Positions 61,575 to 64,000 of a stretch of DNA of 64,000 bases are shown piece by piece; positions within the stretch are counted from its first letter, which is position 1, and each line of letters opens with the position of its first letter. The stretch is from Camelus ferus (Eukaryota). The notes beneath the pieces were generated by a model. That model was not told the DNA's origin, searched no databases, and worked only from the letters and a program-made list of their open reading frames with translations. A program made the position numbers and the translations under genes. The DNA lies in NCBI RefSeq assembly GCF_009834535.1, contig NC_045696.1, positions 94,118,001-94,182,000 of the forward strand, read 5' to 3'.

Positions 61575-61790
61575 ACGCTCTATTATGAAAAATTTCAAAC
61601 ATGCACAAGAGAGAATATAGTTAATGAACTTTCATATACACATCACCCATTATCAAGATTTTGCACATGTGCTTTATCGATGCCTTTCTGTGAGGTATTT
61701 TAAAGCACCCAATATCACAGACAACCCAGAGTACCCTAAAAATGTAGGTATGTGGCTGCATACCTAAAATGCATTGTCACACCTAACAAC
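61575..61790 (-). mobile_element. Ancient L1ME-like 3' end
   Basis: TATTATGAAAAATTTCAAACATGCACAA.GAGAGAATA...TATTTTAAAGCA...CATTGTCACACCTAACAA. Confidence 0.55.
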
Positions 61791-61993
61791 ACGAAGTAAA
61801 TATTCAAGTGTTCTCAACAATGATAGGTCTCTGCATTTTTAGAACTATTCACATCATAGGGACTTCGTTAGTAAGTGCATAGAAATTAGTGGATAAAAAC
61901 AGTTAATTTTTTACTTCCAAACATATGTGTAATTTTAACAGTCCAAAAAAAGTGTTCACTAGTTAGGTTGACTTATGATTTGAAATACAGAAT

Positions 61994-62132
61994 TTATTTA
62001 CTTTTGTTGGTTTTGGGGGGGAGTAATTAGGTTTATTTATGTATTATTTGGACAGGGGTACTGGGGGTTGAACCTAGGACCTCATGCATGCTAGGTGCAC
62101 ACTCTACCACTGAGCTATGCCTTCCCCCGCCG
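61994..62132 (-). mobile_element. tRNA-Ala-derived SINE (camelid Vic-1-like) with perfect 13-bp TSD
   Basis: Minus strand GGGGGAAGGCATAGCTCAGTGGTAGAGTGCACCTAGCATGCATGAGGTCCTAGGTTCAACCCCCAGTACC, A box TAGCTCAGTGG, B box GGTTCAACCC. TSD TGAAATACAGAAT at 61981-61993 and 62133-62145. Confidence 0.92.
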
Positions 62133-62357
62133 TGAAATACAGAATATAGTGAGTTAATTATATTCATACAAAGGCTTGTGCCATTGATGATGATGATAGT
62201 TTAAACCTGGCAAATCAATACTAATGCAAAAATAGAAGCCACAAGGGAAGGCTTCAGGACATTATCAACAGGCTAGCTTTGCTTGTATTCTCTGTAAAAA
62301 CTTGTGTTTTATCAGAATTAAAAAGCCATTGTGATGGGATTCAACTCAGTGATGGAT

Positions 62358-62412
62358 GTGTGTGTGTGTGTGTGTGTGTCTGAGAGAGAGAGAGCGAGAG
62401 AGACAGACAGAA
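62358..62412. repeat. Compound (TG)n-(AG)n microsatellite
   Basis: Read directly from the sequence. Confidence 0.92.
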
Positions 62413-63519
62413 AGAGGAGAGAGAAAATTTATATACCATCTTTTTAAGTAAAATTATTGGAGAGCAATGACTTTCTTCATAAATTAGACACAATAACAAA
62501 GCCTTATTGTTGAAATTGCTTTTATGCAAGTGTAACCAAGTACTCAAATCAAAAACGTCTTTATCCTTGAAACTGACCTTATCCTAGTCATGGATTGCTG
62601 GCATTTAATATTCAAGCTTCCTAACTCATTTTTGAAAGGCTGTCGCAGGAGAATTGCATGTAGAATATAAAATGATTTATTTAGTCCCACAGTCCCTTAT
62701 ACGTGGGAACCAAAGAAAAGAGAAAGAAGACAAGCTGACTCTCTCATATTAATGGAAATTATCGCCTACAAATTAATTTAAGCAATTGATAGTACAAAAT
62801 TAAAAATAGTAATATAAGAATCTGGTTTTTAAAAGTGCTTCTGCTATTCATGCCATCCATTCATATTTGAAACATCTGTACTGTAAGTGTGTCAAGGTAA
62901 GATATTTTAGCCTTGTGCTGTTTCCATGAAATCAGATCCCCCCAATTGGAGTGCTAAACTAATTAGAGTTCATTCATCTCCACAGTGCATTTCCATGAGT
63001 TTATCTCGGGAAACAAACATTCACAAACCCAGACGACTGTTGTGAAATAAAAGGATGATGATGGCACAAGGCTTGTTGATCATTTTCTCCCGTGTTAAGT
63101 CTAATAAAACAAAACCAAAAAATAAGCTGCATCAGCACATTTAAATGTTTGGAAAAAAAATCTGCCAGACAACTGGTTATCTTTAACAAGAAAGGAAAAA
63201 AGAAAGATTTAATTCAAGTAGGTTATTAGCTAAATTCTACTTCATTTTCCCCAGTGTTTGTGGTTAAAGAGGTCACGTACAGGATGTGCCCTCTGGTATG
63301 GGTAGTATAAACAAGCTGATGGAAGAAGGTCAGCCACATGCCCTTGTTTCTGAACACAGACTTCGTGCCTTGGAAGTCCTTTCTGAACTTCCAGGGGTTA
63401 CATGTAAGCCAGTTAACTTTGCAGCGGTGTCCATTGGAAGATGCAGTTGCAAAGAGCCAGGCCTATCTTTAATACGGTGTGAGAAGACTGTGGCTTCAAA
63501 AAGATAAGAAGCCACTTGA

Positions 63520-64000
63520 CAATTCCATTGGGATGTCTAATAGTTGTCTCAGACTCAACCAGCTCCAAACTCATCTCCTGTCATGGCTTCCCCTACCTCC
63601 ACTGCTCAGGCTGAGTCATCCTTGACTCCTCTCTCTCTCACAGCCCATTTCCAGGGTTCAGGGAATCCTGCAGGCTCTGCCTTTAAACTGTATTCAGAAC
63701 CCAACCACTTCATCATCACCACTGGAGTCTAAGCCACTCCATGTCTTGCCTGGATAATTGTAGTAGCTGCCTAACTAGTGTCCATGTTCCCTCTGGTGTC
63801 TCTACAGTCTTGTCGCAACACAGCAGCCAAGAGAATCTCTTTTAACTTTCAGATTCCCTACCTGAACGTCTCTGAAGACTTTTATCGCTGAGTAAAATCC
63901 GAAGTCTGCCTTATGACCTATCAGGTTCTACTTGACCTGATTTACAGGTTACTCTGCTCCCCTTTGTTCATTTCTCCTCCAACACACCAGACACACCCAT
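63520..64000 (+). mobile_element. L2 fragment
   Basis: GAGTCATCCTTGACTCCTCTCTCTC...CTAAGCCAC..TCTTGCCTGGAT.ATTG..TAGC..CCTAACT...CAACACAGCAGCCA. Confidence 0.8.

Noticed and set aside
62055..62128. tRNA-Ala gene (also 5480-5545)
   Set aside because: Stems are degenerate, and both copies have a shared non-tRNA tail and TSDs, so they are SINEs.
1..64000. CRISPR arrays, operons, prokaryotic or viral systems, intact retroviral gag/pol/env, CpG-island promoter
   Set aside because: None seen. The window is repeat-rich mammalian DNA with no repeat-spacer arrays, long ORFs or CpG island.

Overview
Mammalian, AT-rich, CpG-poor genomic DNA with no protein-coding gene that I can support. It is most likely from a camelid (alpaca, llama or camel), because it carries two tRNA-Ala-derived SINEs of the Vic-1 type and cetartiodactyl-type L1 3' ends. 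A large part of the window is transposable-element debris. This includes young and old L1 fragments (several with readable target-site duplications, TSDs), L2 and MIR fossils, about 17 MaLR/ERVL/ERV1 LTRs in both orientations, small DNA transposons (MER8-, MER58- and MER63-like) and microsatellites. The ORF track is explained by repeats or chance. The most unusual structure is at 58.1-61.0 kb: a MaLR provirus relic with an MLT1A-type 3' LTR, an MLT2 (ERVL)-type LTR fused exactly where its 5' LTR should be, and a nested MER21 LTR. Lesser leads are young L1/SINE insertions with perfect TSDs, several exon-like cassettes with good splice signals, a fossil L2 reverse-transcriptase frame, and repeat-free motif-dense blocks. 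I did not find a convincing novel biological system. Repeat family names come from my recollection of consensus sequences and need RepeatMasker/Dfam confirmation. Boundaries of old repeats are approximate.
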